A DNA stretch of 64,000 bases. Source: the human T2T-CHM13v2.0 reference genome, Homo sapiens. The stretch is taken from NCBI RefSeq assembly GCF_009914755.1, contig NC_060947.1; one strand, given 5' to 3'. Within the stretch, counting starts at the first letter, position 1, and each line of letters begins with the position of its first letter. A program made the position numbers and the translations under genes. This document shows, in pieces, positions 33,921-48,555 of the stretch. The notes under the pieces were generated by a model. That model did no database searches. It worked only from the letters and a program-made list of their open reading frames with translations, and was not told the DNA's origin.

Positions 33921-35879
33921 AAATTCAGGTTTGTGAATTTTCTCCATACAGCTAAAACAGAAGCTATGTGCCCGGCCCCAGCTCTGCAGCTCTGCAGCTC
34001 TGGATGTTGGTCCAAGTCAGGCTACATGCTGAGGGCTAAAAAATTCACCAGCTGTATATAGAGTGTATGAGCACAGGAGGATCTGCCACAAACTGTTCCT
34101 ATTCATTGCATGGGAAAGATAAGGAACCAAAAAGAAAAAAAGAGAGAGAGAGAGAGAGAAAGGAAAGAAGGAAATTGATTTTTTTTTCTGGACTCTACTC
34201 TTTAGGAAGGACCTCAATTACATCTCTCCTCTCTATCTGAGCTTAAGTAATGGAACCCATGAAGCTGGCAACTCTTAATGAGAAAAAAAAAAAGGCTGGG
34301 GGGTAGAGGGAAGGAGTGAAGGCACCTTATCCAATGTAGTGGAAAGAGAAAAAAAGCAAAGACAATAGCTGTAGACAGAGGAGAATATGTGAAGCATGTT
34401 TCTCCTGAAAAACCTTACCATGACTCCGTGATGATTCATGAATTGATTTAAAAAATACAGAAATGCATATTTTAATGTGATTGAAAAAATACAAGGAATA
34501 AAAAAGGAGCAAGCTTAGGTCATTACTTGCCCAACTTCATGTTTTTTGATGCATTTATTTTTACCTCCCATTTATTTGAAGGTAGGTAGTTCAAAATGGT
34601 AGCAAAATTTTCACCCCAAAGTCAAACTTCTTAGCTAAGTTTTCTAAATTTTAAGACGATCTAGGTATGTTTTGACAATTAAAAAATTAAAATACCCAAT
34701 TACCACCTTTCTCTCCTAAAATTTCCTTGATGGACAATGCAATGTGACTCAGAAAATCTGTTTATTCATCCTGTTTCACCAATTCCTAGTTGGGTGTCAT
34801 GGGGAAAATAACAGACTTCTCAGGAGTTAAGTTTTCTTTGTCCCTAAAATGACAGGGTTGGACTGGACCACCCTCAAGGCTCTTTTTCCATTGCAAAATT
34901 CTGTACCATTTTAGAATTATTATTCCTATTTTTAAGTTGGGCCTACTTGATACAGAACAAAAGAGGGCACTGGAAGAATATGAGTTAGAAAACCAAAGCC
35001 AATTTAGGCCAGAGGAAAAACATGTAGGCTTGAATTATCCAAATGTACACAAACTAAGAGATATAATTTCTGAAATTTCCCTTCATTTTGTAGTGTACAA
35101 TTGTACTATTTTGTAATGCAGTTAATAATATTCAGAATGTCACCATTTAGAGGAAGATTAATTTAAAATCTTTTACCTACAGATATAAAAGTACAAAACA
35201 CCTTTAAAAATACTCAGAAAGCAAATATGTTAATTGGTAGCACCATTCAAGGCAGAATTGCTTTTCCAGGATCCTAGCAAGAGAGCATTTTCAAAGTCAC
35301 ACAAACCTAGGATGTTGCATACTCTTCAGTTGTGATATTTAGTTATTATAACAGGATGTATTTTTTCAGTGCCTCAGTTATTATGACATCTTTTGTGACT
35401 TGAATTCCAGGTTTGAAACTAAATGTTCCTTTGTCATCATGAAAATGGATAATGCCAAAAGGAATAAATTTAATAAACAGTTTTTTCTGACATCAAATTT
35501 AAGGTAATAAAAGTAACACATCTTATTGAAAATAATAATAAATTGTTTTCAAGACTTAATGCATTATGTCTTTTTAAAAATAGAAAAAAATAACATAAGT
35601 ATCTCACTAGAGGGTGTTATTATCTAACAATTAAATATTAAAATCTGTTGTTTTCAATACAAATGATATTACATAAAATAAAATATAGCATCACCTCTCA
35701 AGCCTTATGTTTGCTATTCTGCACACAGGATATGTCATTATGTTGATTTATGAAAATTATCTTAGCAAGCCAAAAAATGGCATTATGCATATTGACCAAG
35801 AAAATTACATTTCAGAAATAGTACCCGTCTCAAGTGTGTTAAACCTCAATGTTATAACTAATATACGAAGATGCCATTT

Positions 35880-36021
35880 GGGTTTTTGTTTTCTTTTGTT
35901 TTTAATTTTTTATTTTTAATTTTTGTAGGTACATGAGATGTTTTGATACAGGCATGCAATGTTAAATAATCATATCATAGAGAATGGGGTCTCCATTCCC
36001 TCAAGCATTTATCCTCTGTGT
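35880..36021 (-). mobile_element. L1MA 3' end fragment
   Basis: GTACATGAGATGTTTTGATACAGGCATGCAATG. Confidence 0.8.
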
Positions 36022-36289
36022 AAAGGTGCAATTTTATAAACTTGCATTAGTAAATTAATATTTATAACTTTATTTTCCTCAATAACATCTTAATGCCTTG
36101 TATATTTATTTGCAAGAAGAATCTTTATTTTTCTAACTTTGTTTCAAATTTTCAATAATGGAAAATATCCATGTGGAAATTAGGCATATTTTTATAAAAC
36201 CCCTAAGAATAAATAAAATTATTAAGTAGTGATCTGTAGGGAAGTAACATTTGTTGTATTTTTTAATATGTTACTGTAAGAGTATAGAT

Positions 36290-36418
36290 TTGTTGTACAA
36301 CAATGTGAATATGCCCAACACTGCTGAACTGTACACTTAAAAATAGTTAAGGTGGTACATTAAGATGGTAAGTTTTATGTTATATGTTTTACCACAATTT
36401 TTAAAATAAAAAAAATAA
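36290..36418 (+). mobile_element. L1MB/ME 3' end fragment
   Basis: CAACAATGTGAATAT...GAACTGTACACTTAAAAATAGTTAAG. Confidence 0.75.
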
Positions 36419-37095
36419 AGGGGTTTACATTTCTAAATCAATCAATGCTTTTGCAATGTTCTCTTGCTATTAAATGAAGTATGGGATAATCTCTCAAATA
36501 TTTTTTTCTGTACAAAGGATATGGCATTATGTCAATCTTTAAACAATTATCCTAGCTGGGGGAAAAAAAGCATTGCACATTTAACTTTGTGTATGAATAA
36601 CCCCTTGAAAACATGGAAACAAAGAAGGTAATGCTGCCCTTTTAGGAGGTAAACTAGCCAAAATTGAGAAAGATCTGGTAATCTGGTAGGGAGACAGCTT
36701 TGATTTTGAATTTGGATATTGTATAAAGTCTATGTAATAAAGGTGAAGGTTAGTTTAAATTCAAACAGTTTCTGATGTGCATCACAAAAATCACAGACTT
36801 TCCATCAAAATCTTCTTGCCACTTTATACATATTTATGTGAGAAGGGGATCCTGAAAGACATAGATAAGGAATAGGAAATATAATGTAGTTTCCATCATG
36901 TTATAGGCAAATGTGTATGAGAGGACTTCCAATCATATGACAGGCCAAAGGCTAATATCCATAAGATTCAGAGACCTCCTAAAGTCAAGGAAATATAAAT
37001 ATCCCAGTTGAAAAACAGGTGTAGCATGTAAAATATATTTTGCAAAAGGAGAAACAGGAAATAGCCAGTAGACATGAAATAAAAAATCAGCCTCC

Positions 37096-37665
37096 ACTGG
37101 GCAGGGTGGCTCACGCCTGTAGTGTTGGCACTTTGAGAGGCTGAGGCAGGAGGATTACTTGAGTCCAGGAGTTCGAGATCAGCCTGGGAAACATAATGAG
37201 ACCTCATCGCTAGAAAAGATTTTTAAAATTAGCCAAGCATGGCGGTTGATACAGTTTGGGTGTTATTGTTGCCTTTAAATTCCATGTGGAAATGTAATGC
37301 CCAATGATGGAAGTGGAGCCTGCTGGGAGGTGTTTGGGTCATGAGGGAGGATCCCTCATAGCTTGATGCTGTCTTCGCAAAAGTAAACAAGTTCTCATGA
37401 GATCTGGTTGTTTGAAAGCGTGTGGCACCTACCCACCCTCTTGCTCCTGCTCTCACCATGTGACACCCTGCTCTAAAAAAATGAAAAAACAGTAATGTAG
37501 TCAGGTGTCGTGGTGTGTGTCTGTAGTCCCAGCTATTCAAGAGGCTTAGGTGGGAGGATAACTTGAGCCCAGGAGTTCAAAACGGCAGTAAGCTATGATC
37601 CTGCCACTGCACTCCAGCCTGGGCAACAGAACAAGACCCCATCTCTAAAAAATAAAAATAAAAAA
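37096..37665 (+). mobile_element. Chimera: AluJ left arm, MST LTR 5' half (37247-37474), AluJ right arm
   Basis: TGATACAGTTTGG MST start; the MST stops mid-element at an Alu linker. Confidence 0.8.
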
Positions 37666-38028
37666 TAGAAATTAAACAGGTATGTTGATATATAATTTAC
37701 ATACCATACAAATCACCTACATGAAGTATACACTATACCCATTACTGAAAGTCTCCAACTATTGTTGTTGAATTTTCTCTTTCTCCCTTCAATTTAGTCA
37801 GTTTTTGTTTCATGTATGTGGGGCTCTGTTGTTATGTGCAAATATGCTTGTGATTGTTTCTCTACACCTTTATACCATAAGAGAGAATTTTTATTCTACT
37901 CTCCAATTCTACAGCACATTGATGATTAGTCTATTATATGACTTTTTCACAATTCTCTGTTATTTTATGATTTTGTATTTGTTGCTCTCCCTACTGCGTC
38001 TCAGTTTTCTCTGCACTACAGAACCTAG

Positions 38029-38620
38029 TGTGATCTGAGAGACCAAAATAGACACCCCTCTGTCAACTAAGATGAACCCAAAGGTTAAGGAAACAAAGTT
38101 ATGGGTGGAAGATTCAGGGTCTGGTTGAAATGGCAAATTTCTAAATTCCTACAGCTAAACTCTCCAACAATGGGAGCTATCAGCTATAACTCTGATTGGA
38201 CAGAAGACCAACCAACCACACAAACATTTTTTTTTCTGATAAGCTAACAGAAACCTTAGGCCAGTTTCATCCATCTTATAGAGGCTACACACAAACCGCT
38301 TTTGTGTCCTGGAGTTCACCTTTTCATGTAAAGAAAGCCCTGCCCCAAAGTGAACGTGGGATGTGTGTTTACTCAATCCATATGTACTTAGCTCCCCTCA
38401 TAAATATGTAAAGCTTTTCCTCCAAACCTACTAAAAATGTATAATATCCTGAATATGTATGAGGCTCTGTAAGGCATAAAATCCAACCTGCCCTTCCCCT
38501 CTTCAGAGTGAGCACCTTCAGTCCATGCTGGGGATGTTCTTTTTCCAGCTTGCAAACCAGTATTGCCAATGAAGCTCTCCTTTCTACTATTTAGCCATCT
38601 TGGCAGTCTTTTGGAAGACA
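38029..38620 (+). mobile_element. Intact ERV1 solo LTR (MER4/MER34 group), 592 bp
   Basis: TG...CA ends with perfect 4-bp TSD CTAG (38025-38028 / 38621-38624). Confidence 0.8.
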
Positions 38621-38755
38621 CTAGTAAATTACGAAGGAGAAAATAGGTAGTCAACCCATGTTGTGAAATGACTGAATGAATGCCATTGTTTCGTATTAGC
38701 CTCAAAGATATTCTTGCCATGCTTAGCATTTGAGTTCAATATTCTGATATCCTAC

Positions 38756-39202
38756 TGTCTTAGTCTATTTTTTGTTGCTGTAATAGAATACCTGAGGCTG
38801 GGTAATTTATAAAAAAGAGAAATTTATTTGGCTCCTCGTTCTGCAGACTGTACAAGAAGCATGGCTCTGACATCTGCTCAGCTTCTTGTGAGGGCTTTCG
38901 TGCTGCATGAAAACATGGTGGCGAAGGTCAAAGGGGAGTCAGGCACATGGGAAAAGAGGGAAACCTGAGGGGCATACTAGCTTTATAACTACCAACTCTG
39001 CAGGAACTAATCCATTCCATGAGAACAAATTCAGTCTGGAGAGAGTGAGAACTCAAGAATAGCATCCAAGCCACTCATGAGGGATCCACCCCATTGCCTT
39101 AACACCTCCCACTAGGACCTACCTCCCAACACTGCCACATTGGTAATCAAATTTTGACATAAGCTTTGGTGAGGACAAACAAACCATAGCCAAATTGCAG
39201 CA
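38756..39202 (-). mobile_element. MaLR solo LTR (MST)
   Basis: TGTCTTAGTC...GAATACCTGAGGCTGGGTAATTTATAAA; 5-bp TSD CCTAC/CCAAC. Confidence 0.85.
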
Positions 39203-39259
39203 CCAACTTTCTCAAAGGCAACTTTAAAAATGCAACCAACACTTGAAAATGTCAAGTAG

Positions 39260-39928
<669 letters not shown>

Positions 39929-40049
39929 TTATGTGAGAAAATTAGCATAGTTACAAAGGGAGAGTTCTGCTCCTTTCTAACTTCTTCTTGTATATATTTA
40001 CAACACTTTTACATAAATGATTTCATTTCTCTTGGTGTTTTTAAAGCAT

Positions 40050-40465
40050 TTCATTTATTTTATTCATTGATAAGTAAAAATTGTACATATTCATGGCATG
40101 CAACATGATGTTTTGGTTTTTTTTTGGCTCGGAATCATTTGCTTCCAGTTATGTTTGGTTTCTTTGTATTTTTTGTTTTTTAAAACAATATTTTTTATTT
40201 ATGCATAATAGATGGACATAGTTTTAGGGTGCATGTGATAATTTAATACATTCATATAATTTGTAGAGATCAAATCAGTGTTACTTGGGGTATCCATCAA
40301 CTTAAATATTTGTCTTTTCTTTATGCTAGAAACATTTTAATGATTCTCCTCTAGCTATTTTGAAATGCACAAGATATTATTGTAAACTATAGTCACCCTA
40401 CTGATGTATCAAACACTAGGTCTATGTCTTCTATTGAACCTTATATTTGACATGATGTTTTGATA
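40050..40465 (-). mobile_element. Nested L1MA 3' ends
   Basis: Inner insertion flanked by 13-bp TSD ACATGATGTTTTG (40103-40115 / 40450-40462). Confidence 0.75.
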
Positions 40466-40876
40466 TATTATCCACCTGATTTTAAATTTCGACACCACTA
40501 ATGTGTTCAGTGAAAGGCCAGGAGTAAGAAAGTGGAACAGGAAAAAAAAACTAGTAGCATTAAATATTTGCTCCACTTATATCTATTTTATTTGCTGTCT
40601 ACCATTAGCCAGGCTTGTAATCTAGAATTGCAGGATAAGAGAAATAATAGATTATTTACTCTCTAGGAAAGTACTTAGGCAATTTTAAGAAATATGAACA
40701 TGAGCTTTGATAAAAGTTCAAAGAGTTTACTCTCTTTAAAAGTTATATAATCCTCTCTTTATATGATTTTGTATTTATACTGCTAAATATTTGGAAACTT
40801 GTTTGGCTACCTAATAAGCAGCAGAAATTAATACTTAGAATATGCTTTTTAAAAGTCACCTTAAATAAATAATGCA

Positions 40877-41130
40877 GGCTGGGTGCAGTGGCTCAGGCCT
40901 GTAACCCCAGTCCTTTGGGATGATCGTTTGAGCCCAGGAGCTCGAGACCAGCCTGGGCAACATAGTGAGAACCTGTCTCTACAAAAAATAAAAAGTTAAC
41001 CAGTCATGGCAGTGTACACTTGTAGTCCCAGTTACCTGGGAGACTGAGGCAAGAGGATTGCTTGAGTCCAGGAAGTCAAGGCTGTGGTGAATCATGATCA
41101 CACCACTGCACTCCAGCCAGGGTGATAAAA
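40877..41130 (+). mobile_element. AluJ with internal deletion, followed by a TA/CA/TG microsatellite
   Basis: Alu dimer. Confidence 0.85.
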
Positions 41131-41434
41131 CTATATATACACACACACATATATGTGTGTGTGTGCGTGTCTTTTTAAAAACAAAAGGAAGTACAGCATC
41201 TTGAAAAGAGTTTTAAAAAATCTAATAGTATAACTAACAATCTTGTTTAAAATATTAGCCTTTAAAAGAAAGTCTCTTTAGAAACCTTATGTTTGAAACA
41301 TATAGAAATATTTCTACAAGATCATAATCCATATTTTTTCTTGCAGAAAATTCAGTAACTAAGTTCTAATGAAATATTTCCAAGAAAGCAAGATGTTTGG
41401 ATTGCATTCTATTAAATCAGGAGATTAAAAAATT

Positions 41435-41615
41435 AGTTAAGGTAATCCACCACATCAACGGGCTTAAAAAGAAAAATCACATGATCATATGAGTAGATGC
41501 AGAAAAAGCATACAACAAAATCCAACACTGATTCATAACAAAAACTCATAAGAAACTAGTGATAGAGAGGAACTGCCTCAACTTGATGAAGAATAGCTAC
41601 AAAAAACCTACAACA
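41435..41615 (+). mobile_element. L1M ORF2 (RT) fragment
   Basis: CACATGATCATATGAGTAGATGCAGAAAAAGCA. Confidence 0.75.
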
Positions 41616-41689
41616 ATTAAAGTGGGTGGGGAAAGAGGGAGAAGGCAAATTTGCCTGGTTCAATCCCCTGTATAACATCGTTTCTTTTC

Positions 41690-41848
41690 TTCTTTCTTTT
41701 TATTTATTTATTTCTTTTTTTTTTTTAGAGATGGGATCTTGCTCTGTAGCCCAGGCTAGAGTACAGGGATGTCATCACAGCCACTGGAGCCTTGAATTCC
41801 TGGGCTCAAGTCATCCTCCTGACTCAGCCTCCTAAAGTGCTGGGATTA
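41690..41848 (-). mobile_element. Alu monomer (FAM/FRAM-like)
   Basis: Single antisense monomer with poly-T. Confidence 0.75.
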
Positions 41849-42304
41849 AAACGTCATTTCTTTTGTGATCCTATAACACATTTCAATTATCCAAAGATAG
41901 AGGTGAAGCATGTGATTATATAACAAAACTAACTGACCACATGTATAACCACATGTTCCAAACATTCTTTGTTCTTTTGTCCATCAAACATCAGAATACC
42001 GACTATGTGCCAGATACTATGCTGGAAATATTGGTGGCATAAAGATGAAAAAGACTCATAAAGATGAATTCACCACCATTTAAGAATTCACAACTTAGTA
42101 GGGGTTCAGGGGATAGATTCATTTATTTATCATTCACTTACTCATGCGTGCATTCTCAGTTTAAATCCTGGCATTGTCACTTACTAGCTTTGTGACCTCA
42201 AAGAAGATACTTAACCTTTCTATGTTTCAATTTCCTCATATATAAAATGGGAGTAAAAATAATATCCAAGGCCAGATGCTTCTTAACAGCATGTACAACT
42301 GAGT

Positions 42305-42640
<336 letters not shown>

Positions 42641-43423
42641 TTAATAAATACTACTTAGTATCATTGTCATCAGAGTACTAGGTGCTGGTTATTATTATTA
42701 TCATTAAACTACTAGGTTAAGAAGAGAAACATAATCCTTGACTTTTTGTAGTTGCAGTCTAGTGGAGGAGATGCATAACTGACAAATAAACAAACAAATT
42801 AATATGAAATACAAATTGTGACACATACAATTGAGGTAGATATGCAAATAATTCATATGCAACATGATATATGCTATGGTATAAGAGGGATACATAAAGT
42901 GCAACAGGAGTAGAGAGGAGGTAAAAATTCTCTTTGTCAGAAGAGATTTGGCAAGGCTTTACAGAGGTGGTGACATTTGAGATTGGTTCAGAAGAATAAA
43001 TAAGTAGGGGCTTAAGTTGGAGGGAGAATCTTTAAGATCATTCTAATCTAAGGGGACAGTATATACAAAAGCACATAGTTTGCAAATGTGTTCAGAAAAC
43101 AGTATTTCTTTTCATGTGGATGAAGCATGATCATGATAACATCATGCTCTTACATGGTAGGGGTGGTAGGGAGTAGCAGGAGAAGCTCTGAGAGACAATG
43201 AAAATATTATGGGTTATGGTGTCAAAGAGTCTTAGGTTGTTATGCTGGTATTGCTACTTACGAGGGATAAAACCTTGCACAAATTACTTAAACTTTCTCA
43301 TTCTTGGTTTTTTCATTTTAAAAATAGAGTTAACTGCCCCCCACCCTGTTGCTTGGGTATTAGTTCCCACTTGCCTTTGCAGTATTCAGAGTTGAGCTTA
43401 ATCTCTCTCCCCTACTGGCTTTT

Positions 43424-43568
43424 AGGCTTTTAGCAGCCTCAAGACATAGTTTTTAGTTTCTGTCTCCAGTAATAAGCAGAAAAGAGGGATGAGGAAGGGG
43501 TTTTACTGGCTCAACCAGAAACAGAAACTAAGAACCCATGACTATATTCTCTCCCTTGCACACCCCTG
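43424..43568 (-). mobile_element. MER30-related hAT-Charlie fragment
   Basis: Ends ...CCCTTGCACACCCCTG (TIR CAGGGGTG). Confidence 0.7.
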
Positions 43569-43569
43569 C

Positions 43570-43886
43570 GAAGGCACTAGGAAAGAATCCTTCCTTGACT
43601 CTTCCTAGCTTCTTGTGGTTGTCAGCAATCATTGGTGTTCCTTGGCTTGTAGTTGCATCTCTTCAATCCCTTCCTCCGTCATCACATGGCCTTCTTTCCT
43701 GTGTGGCTGTATCTCTGTTATGGCTTTCTGATCAGGACAGTAGTAATTGAATTTAGGACCCACCCTAATCTACTATGACCTCATCCTAACTAATTACAGT
43801 TATGAAGGCCTTATTTTCAAATAAGATCACATTTTGAGATTCTGAGTGGACATGAATCTTGGAGGGACCCAATTTAACCTAGTACA
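43570..43886 (-). mobile_element. MLT1B/C MaLR LTR fragment
   Basis: GAATCCTTCCTTGACTCTTCCTAGCTTC...CCTTATTTTCAAATAAGATCACATT...AGTACA. Confidence 0.8.
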
Positions 43887-44119
43887 TCATGGAAGTAGAA
43901 AGCTCTATTGAGATCACATTGTGAGGGGACTCTTGTATGTTTGGATAAATGTTTTTTACTTTTGTTATGCAATAGGAAACTATCAAATGCTTTGAAAAAG
44001 TGGAATGACCTTATCAGATCTGTACATTTAAAACATAATCCTGAAGTATTAGGATGGCTAAGTGACCTAAAGTACCAGAATCATAGAAATGCAGTGGGTA
44101 AATCATAGTCTTTTATTTT

Positions 44120-44910
44120 TTTTTAACAAATGCTGACTCAACTGGATATATACATAGACAAAAATGAACTCTCACTCCTACTTAGCTCATATAAAGAATC
44201 AATTCCAGGCAGATTGTTTTTCTACATGTCAAAGGGAAAACAATAAATCTTTTAGAACAAAACATAGGATAATACCACCATGAACTAAGGGACAGGCAAA
44301 AATTTCTTATCAGATAGAAAAAGACCTAGCTACAAACGCAAAATTGATAAATTGAACTTCATTAAAATTAAGAACTTCTGTTCATCAAATGATAGCATTA
44401 AAAGAGTAAAAAGGCAGGCTACAGCCTGGGAGAAGATATTTGCCACGTGTAGAGCACTCATGCAAAAGATATCAAGAATCCCTACAAGCCAATAAGAAGA
44501 CCAAACCCAATACAGTATGTGCAGAGAATTGAGCAAATACTTCACAGAAGAGGATATTCAAATGTCCAGTAAGAACATGAAAAGATGCTTAACATAATTA
44601 CTTATCAGAGAAATATAAATTTAATTCATGAAATGATATTATTACATACCCACCAGAATAAACTCAAAAGAGGGAGAAAAAGATTGACGAGAAATTTGCA
44701 GTTTCATACACTGGATGTGAGAGTGTAAGTTGGTATAATCATTCTGGAAAACTAATAGTATCTACTGATGCTAAACATACATATAAATGATGACCCTGCT
44801 ATCTATCAGTTCATCAATCTATCTATCCATCCACTAAGGAGAGAAATTAATGCGTATATTCCCCCAAAGGACTTATTGTACACAAATATTTATAATAGCC
44901 ATTGACATTA
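44120..44910 (+). mobile_element. L1ME ORF2 3' fragment
   Basis: AATTGATAAATTGAACTTCATTAAAATTAAGAACTTCTGTTCATCAAA. Confidence 0.75.
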
Positions 44911-44974
44911 TGAAAATAAGATTACTCAGGAAGAGTATGATGAAGATGCTGCTAGTAATAATAATAATAAAAGT

Positions 44975-45190
44975 GACCATTAATATTTACTGAGGACCTA
45001 CTATGTGCTAGGTGCTTTATATGCATTAACTTTAATCCTAATAACCCTTCAGGATAGATAATAATCCTGTTTTACAGGTGAAGAAATTAAGACTCAGAGG
45101 TGCCCTAGGCCCTGCAAATTATAAGTGAGCAGAGCTTGGAATTAAACTCATTTGTCTTAAGTCCCTTATTCATTCTAGCATGTCATACTA
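44975..45190 (-). mobile_element. MIR
   Basis: ATTTACTGAGGACCTACTATGTGCTAGG...TTTTACAGGTGAAGAAATTAAGACTCAGAG. Confidence 0.75.
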
Positions 45191-45964
45191 CCTCCCCAAT
45201 TTAAATATCTGACATAATCATGACAGATTTATTTACTTCTTTAATAAAGTTTTATTTTATTTGTTCCTACTGTATAAGCAATTAAAATAAAAAAATCTGA
45301 AAATACCAGAAAATAGAAACAAAAGTAATAACGCTTCAGTCCATGAACCCAAAACATTAGTTACCATTTGATGTATTTGTAAATCTGTTTTTTCTATAAA
45401 GGTTCAAATATAATTGTAAGTAGACTAGACTATTTTGTATTCAGCTCTTCACTTAAAATTAGAATATAAGCATTTTCATTATTTCACACCCTTCATGAGC
45501 ATCACTTTAAATTAGCCATTTTGCAAAGGATCCAAAAATTCACATTGTACAGTATTGTATTTTGAAATTTTACCTAACAATAAAGGGTCCATGTTAAAAC
45601 TGGAGTTATTTGGCTGTGAATTAAGCCTATCACATTTTGTTGTGGCATTGAGGTTGGCTATAGTATTCATTATCTGTAAACAATAACCTTTCATAAAATT
45701 GTTTTTTAAAATCTGGATAAAATTACCCCCAAATCAATGTCAACTGCTAGGGCTGTACTTATAATCATGAAATTAGGAATGTATCCCTTATATTTAAGTA
45801 ACAACAACATTAGGTAGGTATTTAAAGCCATGCATTAAAGATTTATTTTTTTAGTTACACAACCAGAAGCTTACAAATCTGAGGCAGAAAAGCAAGAAAC
45901 AAAATTTAATATATATACATACATATATCTATACTTTTTTTTACTATGTACGGTTTTTTAACCT

Positions 45965-46180
45965 TTATTTTTTATTGATATATAATAGTTGTAATTATTT
46001 TGGAGTTACATGTGATATTTCGATACCTGTATACAATGTGTAATGATAAAATCAAGGTAACTGCGATATCCATCACCTCAAACATTTATCTTACCTTTAT
46101 GTTGGGAACATTACAAATCTTCTCTTCCAGTTATTTTGACATATACAATAAATTATTGTTAACTATAATTTCCTACTGTA
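45965..46180 (-). mobile_element. L1MA 3' end fragment
   Basis: TGTATACAATGTGTAATGATAAAATCAAGGTAA...CATCACCTCAAACATTTATC. Confidence 0.8.
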
Positions 46181-46262
46181 CTGTTAAATGCTATATTCAA
46201 ATTATTTAACGTAGAAAGTGTGGCTAGAAGGAAATAAATGAAATGTTTAAAATGATCTTTGA

Positions 46263-46649
<387 letters not shown>

Positions 46650-46883
46650 TAATTTAAATATTGGGTTTGTTTTATTTTTGGAAAAGGAAGAAATAGAGGT
46701 TTGCCCTAGATATTGTTGGAACATATATCAGTTGATCTATTTAGGGATCAACTGATTACCCACGGAAGAATAAATTAAGCTTATCTTAAAAAGCACACAA
46801 CCTAGCAATAGAAATTATTTTATTCCTAAAATGTGTTGGCCGAAAACAATATAACCGAGCTCTTTCTCTAAAGAACTTAACCT

Positions 46884-47235
46884 TGGCCAGGTGTGGTGGC
46901 CCACGCCTGTAATCCCAACACTTTGGGACGCTTACGTGATTGGATTGCTTGACGTCAAGAGTTTGAGAGCAGCCTGGACAACATGGTGAAAACCCATCTC
47001 TACAAATAATAAAAAAATTAGCAAAATGTGGTGGCACACACCTGTGGGCCTGGTTTTGCAAAGGAAATCTGCCTAAGAATTGATAGCTAAGGCCAGACAC
47101 AGCAGCTCATGCCTGTAAATCCCAGCACTTTGGGAGGCCGAGGAAGGCAGGACACTTGAGCCCAGGATTTCGAGATCAGCCTGGGCAACACAGGGAGACC
47201 CCTATCTCTACAAAAAAATAAAAAAATTAGCAGGT
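46884..47235 (+). mobile_element. Two partial Alu left arms (46884-47050 and 47091-47235)
   Basis: Alu heads truncated after the linker. Confidence 0.8.
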
Positions 47236-47539
47236 TCAGTTTTTTACTGAAATATCATAGTGCTTAATTTCCATTCTAGGTACTTAAAATCGTTTATGTT
47301 GCTACTGCCTGTCTAGTGCAATGATTAACTATGTGTTCCTTTATTACTATGTTCATTTGTATTTTAAAAACCTGAGAAACTGAGAATGGTCTTAAGTCAT
47401 GTGATTTAAATAACTAGCAAGAGAAGTCTCTGTGTGTCTGTTTTTTCTGCAATATCAGATTAAAAGGAAGCTCAGTAACCACTGAACCTAACTCATTGAA
47501 GTAGGCAGTAATCTAGCTTCTGCTTTAATATTCACAGTG

Positions 47540-47890
47540 TCAAGTATGTCAGTTCAATGCAGCTTCTCCTGTTGTAGTTTCATCCCATTGTTTTAGTTTT
47601 CATTATTAGAAAGTTTGTCTCTATATAGTGCAGAAATCTGTTTTCCTGTAATTTGGGTCAACTTGGGATAATGCTGCCCTCTCCTGCCAGACCGAATAAT
47701 AAATTCACTCCCTCTTCCATAAAATTATTTGAAGACAGTTATTATGGTCCCCTGAGATTTCTGTTCTACGGGCAAAATTTCTTCAACCATGCTTCAGATG
47801 ACATGATTTAAATCTCCTCACAAACCTGGTTGATTTTCTTTGGTTTCACTGCAGTTTGTCCGGTAACAACTGGTGCCCAAAACTGAAGCA
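47540..47890 (-). mobile_element. L3/CR1 fragment
   Basis: TTATTAGAAAGTTT...ATTTGAAGACAG...GGTGCCCAAAACTG. Confidence 0.55.
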
Positions 47891-48247
47891 AAAAGCAATG
47901 AATTGTCTCCTTTATATTTCTCTTGATGCCAATAGAAAGAGTTCTTAGTTGAATGTGACAAATCCTAGCTGCTTTAAGCATAGAAGAAATTTATTGAAAG
48001 CCTGTTATGTTACATAGCTCAAGGAATAGCCATGACGTCTAAAGAATCAAGCTCAGGAAAAAGTGCAGGAACCAAGAGAGGTGAGAAATTTATAGTATTA
48101 GCTAAAATCACACATCAAAACGAATCTGAAGAGGCCACCACTGCCACACACTAGATACTGTGATTTGCAACACTGCCATTGCTGCCTCAAGAAACTGGCT
48201 TTTGCTGTTGCCACTGCTGTTGCCAGAATTCCACACTGTCCCTGCTG

Positions 48248-48555
48248 TTTTGTTTTGTTTTGTTTGAGACAGGATCTTGCTCTGTCTCTCAGATTGGAGT
48301 TGCAGTGGTGAGATAATGGCTCACTGCAGCCTCTGCCTCCCTGGCTCAAGCGATCCCCCCATCTCAGCCTCCTGAGTAGCTGGGACCACAGGTATGCACC
48401 ACTACGCCTGGCTAATTTTTTAATTTTTTGTAGAGACGGGGTCTCACATTGTTGTCACTTTGTTGGCTGACCTCGAACTCCAGGGCTCAAGGGATCCTCC
48501 CGCCTCAACCTCTCAAAGTGCTGAGATTACAGGCATGAGCACCACGCCAAGACTG
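48248..48555 (-). mobile_element. AluJ
   Basis: Antisense dimer. Confidence 0.9.

Noticed and set aside
34411-34430. Minus-strand ATG|GTAAGG resembling a Met-only first exon
   Set aside because: A single donor-like 9-mer is expected by chance in 64 kb; no supporting promoter or acceptor.
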